A stretch of DNA of 42,781 nt from Saprolegnia diclina VS20 (Eukaryota). The notes under the pieces were generated by a model. It did not search any database, had not been told where the DNA came from, and saw only the letters and a list, made by a program, of their open reading frames with translations. The position numbers were made by a program, and so were the translations under genes. Positions 10,362 through 20,312 of the stretch are shown here, one piece after another. The stretch lies in assembly GCF_000281045.1 (NCBI RefSeq), contig NW_008246128.1, positions 86,080 to 128,860 on the forward strand. Direction: 5' to 3'. How positions within the stretch are numbered: the first letter of the stretch is position 1; every line of letters begins with the position of its first letter.

Positions 10362-11078
10362 ATGCCAAAGCCCACGCGCACCACCGTCGCGGTCGGTGTC
10401 CTGTTTGTTGCCCATGCAGTCTATGCTGCATGCGTCATCGCACTCGAGGCGTCCATGTACGGCGAGCTCCTCAAGCGACCAAATGCTCGCACGCTGAGCA
10501 TCGTGCTCCTCCTCGCGAGTGCTGCCGGCCTCGCGCACCTCGTCTGGACGCGGAACGTCCCGTCGCCCAATGTGTGCATCTTGCTCTTGGTCCTCGACGT
10601 TGTCTGCGTCAGCGTGCTGCTATCGACGGCGGTGAACGCCGGCGCTCACAACGTACGAGTACCGGATAGAGAGCGCCGGGAATACGTCTCTCTTGGCGTC
10701 TGCGGAGCCGTGGAACCCGATGCCCTCTGAGAACAAGTACCCGGTCGGAGGCGCGACCGTCTTTGCCAAAGCGTACTGTGCGAGCCAAGGCCACCGCGTG
10801 TGCAGCGCGTTTCCTCTTGTCCAAACGATCGTGTTCCCCGGCATCGGAAACACCCGAACGTGACGGGCGAAGTCAAGCGCAACCTCTCGACGCTGCCAGC
10901 CACGTTGCTCACCGTGACGGTGACCTCGTCGACGACCCTCGAGCACTTTTGTGCGAATGCGCACTTGCCGCCAGTGCCGAGTCTCTTCAACATGACGTCA
11001 CCCAACGACATGCTTACGCCGGCGTACTTGTTGTGTGATGAGACCGACTACACGCCTATATGTGCCTGTATCAACTAA
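10362..11078 (+). pseudogene. Frameshifted gene for a multi-TM protein with Cys-containing extracellular region
   Basis: Three TM helices in the first frame. Protein-like sequence continues in a second frame from about 10642 (ALTTYEYRIES..VFAKAYCASQGHRVCSAFPLVQTIV) and a third frame from about 10851 (HPNVTGEVKRNLSTLP..HFC..ICAC). No plausible intron of normal length at either shift. Confidence 0.5.
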
Positions 11079-11307
11079 CGTACGTAGTAGCAACGAATAC
11101 TTCATCGATGGCTCCTTCTTGATGAGGTGCTTTGCCCTTCCATCGGTCAAGGGACGTCCGCCGCGTTTCCTGGCCGCAACACACAAGAGTCGTATCGCGC
11201 AATAGAGGCCGTGTCAACAGGCCACGGATCCTCGAGACGCTACCGGCGCCCGAGCCCAACGTATTCTCACGAAGCAGGCGTCAACCTCGTATTGATAAAC
11301 AGTCTGT

Positions 11308-12594
11308 TTAGACGGCGATGCCATAGCTTTCGTTGGAGCCTGTCGACGTTTGCGTCGGGAGCGTCTGCGGCGGGAGGAGCGCCGAGGTTTCGCTGGCCTG
11401 CGACGGCGGCGGCGGCTGTGGCACTTGGCGGTTGACCTTGAGCTTCCGCGGCTTGCTGCTGTAGAGCGAGCACGTCTCGACGTCGGGCGTCGTTGGCGTC
11501 GTCTTGGACGCGGGCGTGAGCATCGAGACGTCGTCGGCCGTGAAGAGGCCCCAGCAGTGCAGTTGGCTGCGGACGAGCGTCGTGAGCTCGTCTTCGAGCT
11601 GCTTCATGCGCTCTTCGAGGTCAATGTCGTTGGCATCCGTACCGAACGGGCACTCGATCTCGTTGGCGACAGTGTCGGCGACCAAGAGCACCATGCCCCA
11701 GAGGAAGACCCACCCGGGCGTGTAGAACAAGGACGTGTCGACGATCACGACCGTGTAGAGCACGAGGTACATGTAGATGCAAAAGTTGAGGTACTGGCAG
11801 TAGTTGAACGGAATCGGGATGTTAGACGTGTTGAAGACGCGGCCGTGGATCATTGGCAGCTGCGTGACCATGTTGTTCATGGTCGTCATCTGTGGCGGGT
11901 TCAGATAGTTGCGGGACGCGGCCGACTGCACGACGCGGCGGATCCAGAGCTCAATGACCGCCGACCGCGCGCGGTTGGTAGCGGCCGACGCGCTCGAGAA
12001 GCGCTTGGACTGGCGCGACGTATAGATCGCACCGCATGCGTTGAGTTCGTTGAGCTCGTTCGGCGAGAGCCAGCCGGCGGATTGGAGCTCGGGCAGCGCG
12101 TCGTGTTCGCGGCAGTCATGGAAGACGAGCGACGTGTAGATGAGCGTGAGCCGGCGAAAGTCCGAGAGCAGCTCCTTCTTCTCGAGGAGCTCGGCGCTGT
12201 CGTCCGATTTCGCCAAGAAGGACGCGAACGTCGAGACGAGCGACCGCGCGGTCTGCGTGAAGAGCGTAATGTCGCCAAGACCCGACTTCCACTGCTGGAA
12301 CGCAGAGTTGAGGCGGAACGAGATCAAGAGGCCAATGAACGTGTTGGCGATGATGTGCAGATCCTTGAGCGCGACCGACGTGTTGAGCCCGTCAAACGCC
12401 GTCGGGTAAAAGTGCTGGAAGGTCGCCACGACGAGCGCAAAGCAGGCCATCGAGAAGGCCTGCACCGGCGCCGTGCCCACGAAGGGCGACCCCGTCCACG
12501 TCGTGAGGATCGAGACGATGTCCCGTGTGTCGTAGTAGATCATGCTGCCAGCGGTGTGTTTGTGGCTCTGCAAATCGCAATCTGGAAAGGCCAT
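11308..12594 (-). CDS. Bestrophin-family (RFP-TM) anion channel
   Basis: Intronless. Motifs MIYYD, GLLISFRLNSAFQQW, PIPFNY and EIECPFGTDANDIDL. An alternative start at 12543 is possible. Confidence 0.88.
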   Translation of the reverse strand: MAFPDCDLQSHKHTAGSMIYYDTRDIVSILTTWTGSPFVGTAPVQAFSMACFALVVATFQHFYPTAFDGLNTSVALKDLHIIANTFIGLLISFRLNSAFQQWKSGLGDITLFTQTARSLVSTFASFLAKSDDSAELLEKKELLSDFRRLTLIYTSLVFHDCREHDALPELQSAGWLSPNELNELNACGAIYTSRQSKRFSSASAATNRARSAVIELWIRRVVQSAASRNYLNPPQMTTMNNMVTQLPMIHGRVFNTSNIPIPFNYCQYLNFCIYMYLVLYTVVIVDTSLFYTPGWVFLWGMVLLVADTVANEIECPFGTDANDIDLEERMKQLEDELTTLVRSQLHCWGLFTADDVSMLTPASKTTPTTPDVETCSLYSSKPRKLKVNRQVPQPPPPSQASETSALLPPQTLPTQTSTGSNESYGIAV

Positions 12595-13424
12595 CTCAGC
12601 AGGTGCTCGGTCTCCGGATGCCCGTATCCGAACCAATTGCCCTAATCAGTACCATCTGATATTCTTATTGCGGATTTTCTTGCGTGCACATCCTCGCTTT
12701 CGCGCGCGTGCTTGTGTCGCCAAGGGCTCGTAGAGCTTCCTACAGTGCTATCATAAGGACATTGCTACTGGTATACTGTGGTGTGTCAAACTAGCCTCGT
12801 CGTTTCGTTGGCAGCTCGTCACGATACAAAATGTCGAGACTAGCGATTATCAACCAACTTCATAATACTATCCATGACAACAGAAGGCGGGTCTAGGAGG
12901 GTAAGAGGGCTAGAAACGTAGGAGGGCTATAAACGCGTTGATACTTGCGGTTGAGTTAGGAGAGGACGACTGGATGGCACAAGGGCACGCACGTCGCAAG
13001 ACGACGACCAGGCATGTACTGGAATGTGCGAATTTGATCACAATCCTGGCAATAGAAACGACACGATGTCGAGTTGCCACGGCCACTCTACAGTACTTGG
13101 TCGACTTCGCCGAGAGCGTAGCTGACTGACTGCAGCCTTGGACAACCTTTGGTCTGCGAGGAATCCCGCTGGGGACCTCGCATCTCGGGCGAACCTCGAT
13201 CTTGCCCGCCGACCTGGTCTCTCGGCTGGACACAAGCGCTGACACCTCTACCTAAGGAAGCCTTGGCCGTGGGCGCGGCTGGGCGCGGCTACCGGCCACG
13301 ATGCGCAAATACGGCAAACGCAAGGGGTTCGAGATGTTCGGGTGACGAGGCAATGGTGGGACAAACGATCGTCATCTTCCAAGACCGAGGTCATCTTTAA
13401 GAGGTCTGTCGATATGTACAGGGC

Positions 13425-14218
13425 CTAAAAGGCTGGAATGAGGATCTCGCCGACGCGGCAGTTGTCCTCCTTGAGCACTTGGCTCGAGCACTCGGTGGCG
13501 TCCGTCGGCTTGTTGTCCTTGTCTTTGCCCAAGCACGTGTACACCTGCGAGAGCCGTTGGTTCTTGCACTGGAGCACGACCTTCTTCGGGCCGCCGTACG
13601 CGTCGCGAATCGCGCTCGTCGCGACGACCTTCCCGACGCTCTGTGAGATAAAGTCGGGCGTGCCCTGCGTCTTCATGCGCTCGATCGCGCTCTGGAAGAA
13701 CGTCACTTGGTCGAGCCCACTGCACGTGCCATGGCGCGTCCATTCGTGGTTCCAAAACCTAACACGCTATGGAAGGACCGTACATACAGAAGCAGACAAG
13801 TACGAGTCGTAGCCGGTCGTGTTGATGGCGACCTTGACGTTGGGCCAAAACTTCTCGAGCGTATCTTGGCCTATCGCCTTGCGCACACGCTGCATGTCGA
13901 GCGGCTCCTTGGAGCAGTAGCCCGGGTGCGGCCCTTCGTTGAGCTCGGGCCAGAGGCCATGCACGGTAAAGTGCGTCTTCCAGTACGGGTTGGGCGCCTT
14001 GCAGCCTACCCACAGCATCAGCTTTTTGGCTGCAAGAGGGACACCAGACCAGGGTACGGCTCCTTGTAGCAGAACGAGGCCTGCCACGAGTGCGCAAAGA
14101 CGTAGTAGTCGAACTGCGTCGCCTCGTGCTGGAAGAGCCGCTCGTCGTGCTGCCACACGAGCGGGCCATCGGCGGCCATCGCGGCCGCGGCCAGCCCCAG
14201 GATCAGTGCAGGTTGCAT
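13425..14218 (-). CDS. Secreted ribonuclease T2
   Basis: Three exons with signal peptide. Motifs FDYYVFAHSW, CAS I FTVHGLWP and CAS II FWNHEWTRHGTCS. Confidence 0.95.
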
Positions 14219-14448
14219 GTTCGGTTGAAATCCAAAACTAAGATTCGGTGTATCCGGACAGCGACTGGTTGGCCAATCACGCGGCTCGTGACGTGGCACG
14301 CGGAGCATGCAGCGATCTTGCAGCTTGAAACGGCGTCGTGTCGCTTGACCCATCGGCAGCCATGGCACGAAGCCAGAAGAGACAGGATAGGATACGTGAG
14401 CTTGATACAGGTGATATTACGCTTCTTGACCTATTGCGGACGATGCAG

Positions 14449-14646
14449 CTACCGCGTTCGTGTCCACGATCCGCTGTACAAGTCGCGGCAGCACACCGCG
14501 TCGCAGGTTGGCACGGCCTTGACGCAGGTTTGCGCGCCAATGTAGTTGGTCACTTGGCCACCAAACGCCACACACGACATCTTGGTGTTGGTGCGGCAGG
14601 TGCCGTGGTTGCCGTGCAGCACAACCGAGATCGTGTTGCCGCCCAT
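14449..14646 (-). CDS. Possible small Cys-rich protein or exon (65 aa)
   Basis: MGGNTISVVLHGNHGTC..CDAVCCRDL with 6 Cys and high GC3. No recognised family. Confidence 0.3.
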   Translation of the reverse strand: MGGNTISVVLHGNHGTCRTNTKMSCVAFGGQVTNYIGAQTCVKAVPTCDAVCCRDLYSGSWTRTR

Positions 14647-14746
14647 TCGTCGATTTCAAAACTGGTAGTACAAAAAGATATAACTCGATAACGTTCGAAG
14701 ATTGTCTATACTTGCTCCCACTACGCCATACAAGAACTTGATGCTC

Positions 14747-17050
14747 TTATGACCGACGCAGCGAGAGCAACTCTCCCCAGCACGACAGCGCTAAGGCATT
14801 GTCGTATCCTGCAATCGGGTGTGCGCCGTCCCCATCCTCGCTCCGCTCTGGCCGCGCCTCTTGCGCGAGGAGCTGCTGCACGAGGCGCTGAAGTCGGTCG
14901 ACTTGATCGCGAAGGTGCTCGATCTCGACGGTATTGGAAGCGCAGCCCGTGCATCGAACGGCGCCGTTTACGTGCGGCCGAGGCAGCTGCGTTGCGCGGC
15001 GTACAGCGTAGCCCCGCCACCGCGCCTATACACGACATTTCAGCGTGAGCGTTGAGGAGCAGCTACATGTACCTGGAACAGGCGAATGCCCTTGTGTGCT
15101 GCCCGATGACGCAGACCCTCGAGCTGGTGCTGTGTCACGTGCACCGTACGCCATAGTGTTGCCATGGCCTCGTCTTGGATGTAGAGCTGTCGCTGCAGCG
15201 CGGTCACGTGTCGCGTCGTAGCAAACAAGGTGCGCAACACCCCGCGCCGGCCCACGTGCTGCCTAATGCGCCACAGTTGGCAAGTGCGCTCGGTATCGAA
15301 CCGCGTACCACATGCCAATCGTGCGGGCCCGAAACCCGCGCCAGCATTTCTACAAACCCATGGGAAATCTAGTCCTTCGATCGATATGTCTACTTGGAGT
15401 GAAATCGCGGCCCGGTGCTGCACCCGTCGGAGGCCAAAGCGGCGCCGTATGATCCAGCCTCGTAGCATGCGCTAGAGTGCACACAGTACACAAAGAGCTC
15501 TGAGGATTAGGGTTTGTACTTGAACGACTTGGGCGTAAGCATGGAAGATGCGCTTCTCGGGAGCGATGCGCCGCCACACAATGTCAAAAGACGAGACGGG
15601 CTGCACAGTCACACCGACGCGACAAGAAGGGTCGCGGCGTGTCTGGCAGCGTCGCGGATGCTGTCGCCGACTGCGGTAGCCGCGATAATACTTCTAGAAC
15701 GACGTAGTCAGACGTGGTGGATGCCAAAGATGTGTACTTGAATGCACACAGCGCTCTTGTCTCGGAGCCGCTGTTCGCGCTTGATCCAGACCTACGCACG
15801 TTAGACACGCTGACCATGTTAGGATTGTCGTCGCGTACTTTGGCGTACTTGCGGAGCATGCGCACGTGGTCATGGAGCGTCTGCACTTGCTTTGACAGCG
15901 GTTCGTCATCGCATGGCGTCAGAAAGACGCTGGTTTGCACGAGCGGCGGCTCGTCACCAAGCGCTTCGTTCTCGTACAAGTACTTTGGTAGTGACGCGGC
16001 GCGCGTCACCTCGGACGGTGGACTCGGCTCGGCAAATAGGATGGGCCGTGGTGTCGGGTCGGCTGGTGCGAGGGGCCGGGGTGTCGGCACTGGAACGGGC
16101 GACTCGTTGTGGCTGATGTCGGCGCGGAGCCGCATGCGGTCGCGGTCGTCTTGGTCACGACGGTCCTGCAGCATTTGCTTCCACAGCTGCAGCTTGACGT
16201 TACGGTCCGACACATCGGCTTCCTCGGTCGTCGGCGTCGGGTCGGTCGCGCGCGGCAGGCCGTCGAGAAGCCGCAATGCAGGGAAGATGTCGGCCAAAAA
16301 GGCAGCAGCACTTGGGTTGTGCAGCACGCAGCGGTTGCCAGCAAGGTCCAGCGAGTGCAAGTGGTGGTACTTGCCAGCGCACGCATCAAAGCACCCGAGC
16401 TACCGTATCGTCTCGCAGGTCCAAGCCGAAGAGTAGCATTTCGTACGTGGTCGATTTGGTTGTACGCGAGCTTGAGCTGACGCAAGCTCGTCGGAAGACT
16501 CGTGGGCAGCGTCCGCGTCACACTGAGCTGGTTGTCGTTGAGGTTGAGCGTCTACCACCAACATGCGCGGATGCTATCATGATGGCGACCCGAACCTCGA
16601 GGGACCCGAGGTGGCACAGATTGGGCCAGGAAGCAAGGTGGTTGATCGACGCATTCACATATACAAGGCCCGTATGACTCATGAGGCCATCGAGATCGGT
16701 CAAATTGTTGTCCGACACGTTGATGTATTGCAGCGAATTCATCTGGTCGAGCCCGGCGAGCGACGAGAGGTTGTTGCGCGCTAGGTTGAGTGTCGAGAGG
16801 AGCTGAAGCGACTCGATGCCCGCCAGATGCGTGAGCTTGTTGCACGAGAGATCGACCTGCGGCACAGCCATACATTTGAAGAAGCGTCGCCGAGTGGTAC
16901 CTGCCGGAGATGCACGAGGCGCCCGAGGCCGTGGAGCGCATGGATGCGGTTGGACGCGAGCGAGATCGAGTAGACGTCGATGGGAATCGACTCTGGCACG
17001 GTCGCGTACCCCTCTTCCGACAAGTCCAGCTGCACGGGCCCGTCCATCAT
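14747..17050 (-). CDS. CEP97: LRR + four IQ motifs + coiled coil, CEP97-like centriolar protein
   Basis: N-terminal SDS22-type LRRs (VDLSCNKL, LNLARNNL, INVSDNNL) and an LRR cap (FPALRLLDG). Spliced IQ motifs such as IQ|KYYRGYRSR. The segment YIQDEAMATLWRTV resembles the CEP97 QEEA..LW..V motif (from memory). The symbol is tentative. Confidence 0.65.
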
Positions 17051-17790
17051 TCTTCGGTGACAACGGTTCGCTCGCCACAAACGCAAAGATATGGGTCACC
17101 ATCGCCGCGATGCCATTGGCTGAAAACCAACCAATCGTCGCGTGGCACCCAGTTACAGCCTTCACAAGGAAGCACCGCATACAGCAAAGACGAAGCCCCG
17201 CCGCAGAACCTTCTGGCGTGCGACGGCATTGCATGCGTCCGCTCACATTGCACCAACTATCTACGATCTTATTCGGACCTTGGCACGCGGCAAGAAGAAG
17301 CCTGCGCCACGCGGGGTCGCCAGAGGGTTCGCGTTGAAGTCGACGGTGGCGCGAGGTGATGGCGCGAAGTGACACTTGACACGTCGTTGCTGTCGTGTAA
17401 CGCGACCACGCGACCAGACACGTGCAGAGCAGGGCCGATGGCAAGCATCGTAGGTGTATGCGCTTGCGACGACGGACGGACTCGCCTCCGTGCAAGATAG
17501 GAGGCATAGCTTGGTGCCACGCGGTGCATTGCATCATCCTCCGCGTCTGGTCGCGATGAAAAGATATCTCGTCGTCACCCATCGGCGATAGCTACCGGCG
17601 ATTGCTTCCAGATCCAAGGACTAGCTACTCGTTGCCAAAGTTGCCAGTCGTCGAGCAACGACGGCTACCGGTACGGGTCGGTAGGAAGTGGCCAGACCAC
17701 TGGCCACGGCGCGTCGCTATGTGGTGGTGGTGCTCATCGAGGTTGAACACATACACGAGATCTCTTATTTTCGGCATTGGCCGCCGACGC

Positions 17791-18935
17791 ATGTCGCAGA
17801 AGGGGCCCATGCGTGCTGACCAGTTGGTGGCGCCGCTAAAACCAGCTGGCACCGACGCCGCTCCGGGCGGTCGTTTCCATATCACAACTGCAGTCCTCCC
17901 GATGAGTCCAACGATGCTGGCCTCTGCCTCGCCGACCGCCGTCGGGTCGCCGAGCTCGTCGGCGGCCTATGCGCGCCGACTGCCGCCGACCGAGACGCCG
18001 CTTTTGCATCTCACAGACGGCGAGAAGCGCGAGTACGCGTCGACGGGTCACCGCGTCTGCGCCGAGTTTATCAAGCTCGCGGCCCTCAGTCGCGACACCA
18101 AGGTGCGCTCGACGACGCGCGACGCAGCGTTTTGCCGCCAGACGTCGACGCTGAGCAACGTGCCGTCGCTGCAGGCGTACATTGACCGCGTGCACCCGAC
18201 CATCTTTGACGGGCTCGACGCGACCATGCACGTGTGCACGATTGAGGACGCGGACGACGGCAACCGCCACCACATCCGCCTCCAGTGGGGCCTCATCCAT
18301 GTTCCTTGGGGTCACGACCGTGAGTTTACCTACCTCGAAATCCAGCGCATCTTTGTCGACGATCATGGCCACCGCGGGTACGCGCGGTGCCTCTACTCGG
18401 TGCCGCTCTCGATCCAGCTGACGCCCGTCAAGCGACTCCTCGGTACGCTGCACCACTCGGGCATCGTCGTCAAAGAGACGTCGACGCCCGGCGTCTTGGA
18501 AGAAGTCGTCCTTGTCAACATGGCGCTCATGGGCCACGTGCCGCTGTGGATGACCAACATCGTGGCCAAGACGCTGCTCAAGCGCACGTGCCAGCTGCAG
18601 CGGTCGCTCATCGGGCGACCATCGACGCGCCGGATTTCGATTTGGACCGAGACGGACACGCCATCGACAACAACCGCCGATGCGACCAAGAAGCTCTGCA
18701 AGCGGTGCACCAAGCCGCTCGCGTGGTTTCGTCTCAAAGCCAAATGCGCCGTCTGCCTCGAGGTACTCGGACACTCGCATTTCCTATGGGCTCACGCGGC
18801 TCCGTGTAGATTGTGTGCCGCGACTGCTCGACGCACTGGGACATTCTCTGGAACAAATCCGACCGCGTGTGCCGGCTCTGCCACGGGCACGTGCTCTCGA
18901 TGCAAGCCAAGACCGCCGCGGCCCACGCGCTGTAG
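17791..18935 (+). CDS. START-like domain + degenerate FYVE zinc finger protein (oomycete-expanded family)
   Basis: START-like core DREFTYLE..GYARCLYSV..GTLHHSGIVV..GHVPLW. After an intron (about 18763-18809): CKRC..CAVC..VCRDC..RVCRLC, stop at 18933-18935. Confidence 0.8.
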
Positions 18936-19547
18936 CCAGCCCTTATTTTTTAACTTATAAGACCATTAACAACTACAAACGACCATGAACAACTATAACA
19001 CATGCGACCGAGTGGTGTATTGGCAAGCGCGACACGGCGCGGTGGTAGCTGCTGTGTTCGTCGTCGTGCTCCTGCAGAAGGCGGCGTATGTGGCTGTCGT
19101 GAGTAGCGAAAAGTGGTACAACACGACGTGCAACCGCCGACAGTGGCGATCGGTTTGCATCTTCTTTCGGTCTGCCGCGTCGCAGGTTGCTGCGCTGGCG
19201 ACGCCCTGCGAAATGCCTCCTGGCGACACTCTCTACGGTACGTACGCGACTGATGGCGTTCGTTGCTGCGCAGAACTGCACGTTGGCAGGCAGAGGTGGT
19301 GGGCGGGCATTCCACCGCGCTGCTGAGCGCTGCTGAGCGCCGAGATGCACAGAGGTTGCAGTGTCCGAGAGGCCTCACTCCTGTTGTCAGTGGTGACAAG
19401 CGCAACACAATCCAGGTCGTCTAACCGGATAGGATGGTATCCGAATGTACTATCCACTTCCAATCTAAATGCCAACTCTAGTATACCAGCACTGCAAAAG
19501 CGCGCAACAAGCGCCACGATCCAAGTCAAGATCCAAGGCGTGACCAA

Positions 19548-19569
19548 TATCCGGATTTAAATCCGGATA
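19548..19569. repeat. Perfect 22-bp palindrome TATCCGGATTTAAATCCGGATA
   Basis: Self-reverse-complementary; contains two ATCCGGAT half-sites that are each palindromic. Confidence 0.9.
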
Positions 19570-20312
19570 CGCCGAGACCGGGGCCGCCGCCATTGCCCGC
19601 CGAGCCTTGGCGCGGCCGAGCGACCCAAAATCGAACTCGCTCAAACTTGGCACACCAATAGAGACGACTCTGGGCACCCCAGCGCACCATGCCGCGCTGC
19701 CGTGTGGTCATTACAGCCCAAGATACGAGCATTCAAAGTGTGAGAATCGACCTCCCATGCTGACGCAGTATGTATAGCTCTCGGGATAGCTCCGGGGCTT
19801 GCGCCAAGGCCCTCGATGGCTGTTCTAAACGCTTGTTCAATCTACAGCGACACCTCGTCCATGACATATCTGCAGTAGTAGTAGCAGCAGCCCACTACTC
19901 CAGCGGTAGTCTTGCAAGTCGAGTTTCGAGAACGCCAGGACGCGTATCTGGCAAAACTATTCAAGCGATTACTGTCCTGTACAATTATTAGCAATTTCTC
20001 TAGTCCTTTTACTAGAAATTGCCAGCACGTCCTCCCAGTGCCTTGGCGCGGTCGTTTGGCGCGGAATCGGCTGCTCGCTCCGTCGGCGCCATTTTTGTGG
20101 GGTTGCTGCACGTGGATTGGCTAAAAGGCCGTGTATATTTTAAATAAAATCGTGTTGTTTGTATAAAAACGTTTGTCCCGTTGCAAGCTATTTTGTATGC
20201 AACGGGCGTGCATTTTTATTGCTAGGAGGAATGAAATCCATGGCTCGTGTTTCAGCCAATCACAAGCACCGTGAAGGTTGCAGAAGACCCACCGATCCAA
20301 ACTCCAACTCCC

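Noticed and set aside
11350..12645. 431-aa ORF antisense to bestrophin, and similar long antisense ORFs (20252-21340, 17836-18780, 1275-2093)
   Set aside because: Expected shadows of high-GC3 coding sequence; Arg-rich with no motifs.
12900..13400. Faint ankyrin-like fragments (CHGH..LQYL, AAGRG, RGHL) in different frames
   Set aside because: Too degenerate to support a pseudogene call.
18950..20120. Overlapping ORFs on both strands
   Set aside because: Could hide a divergent gene, but no frame or splice model was supportable.
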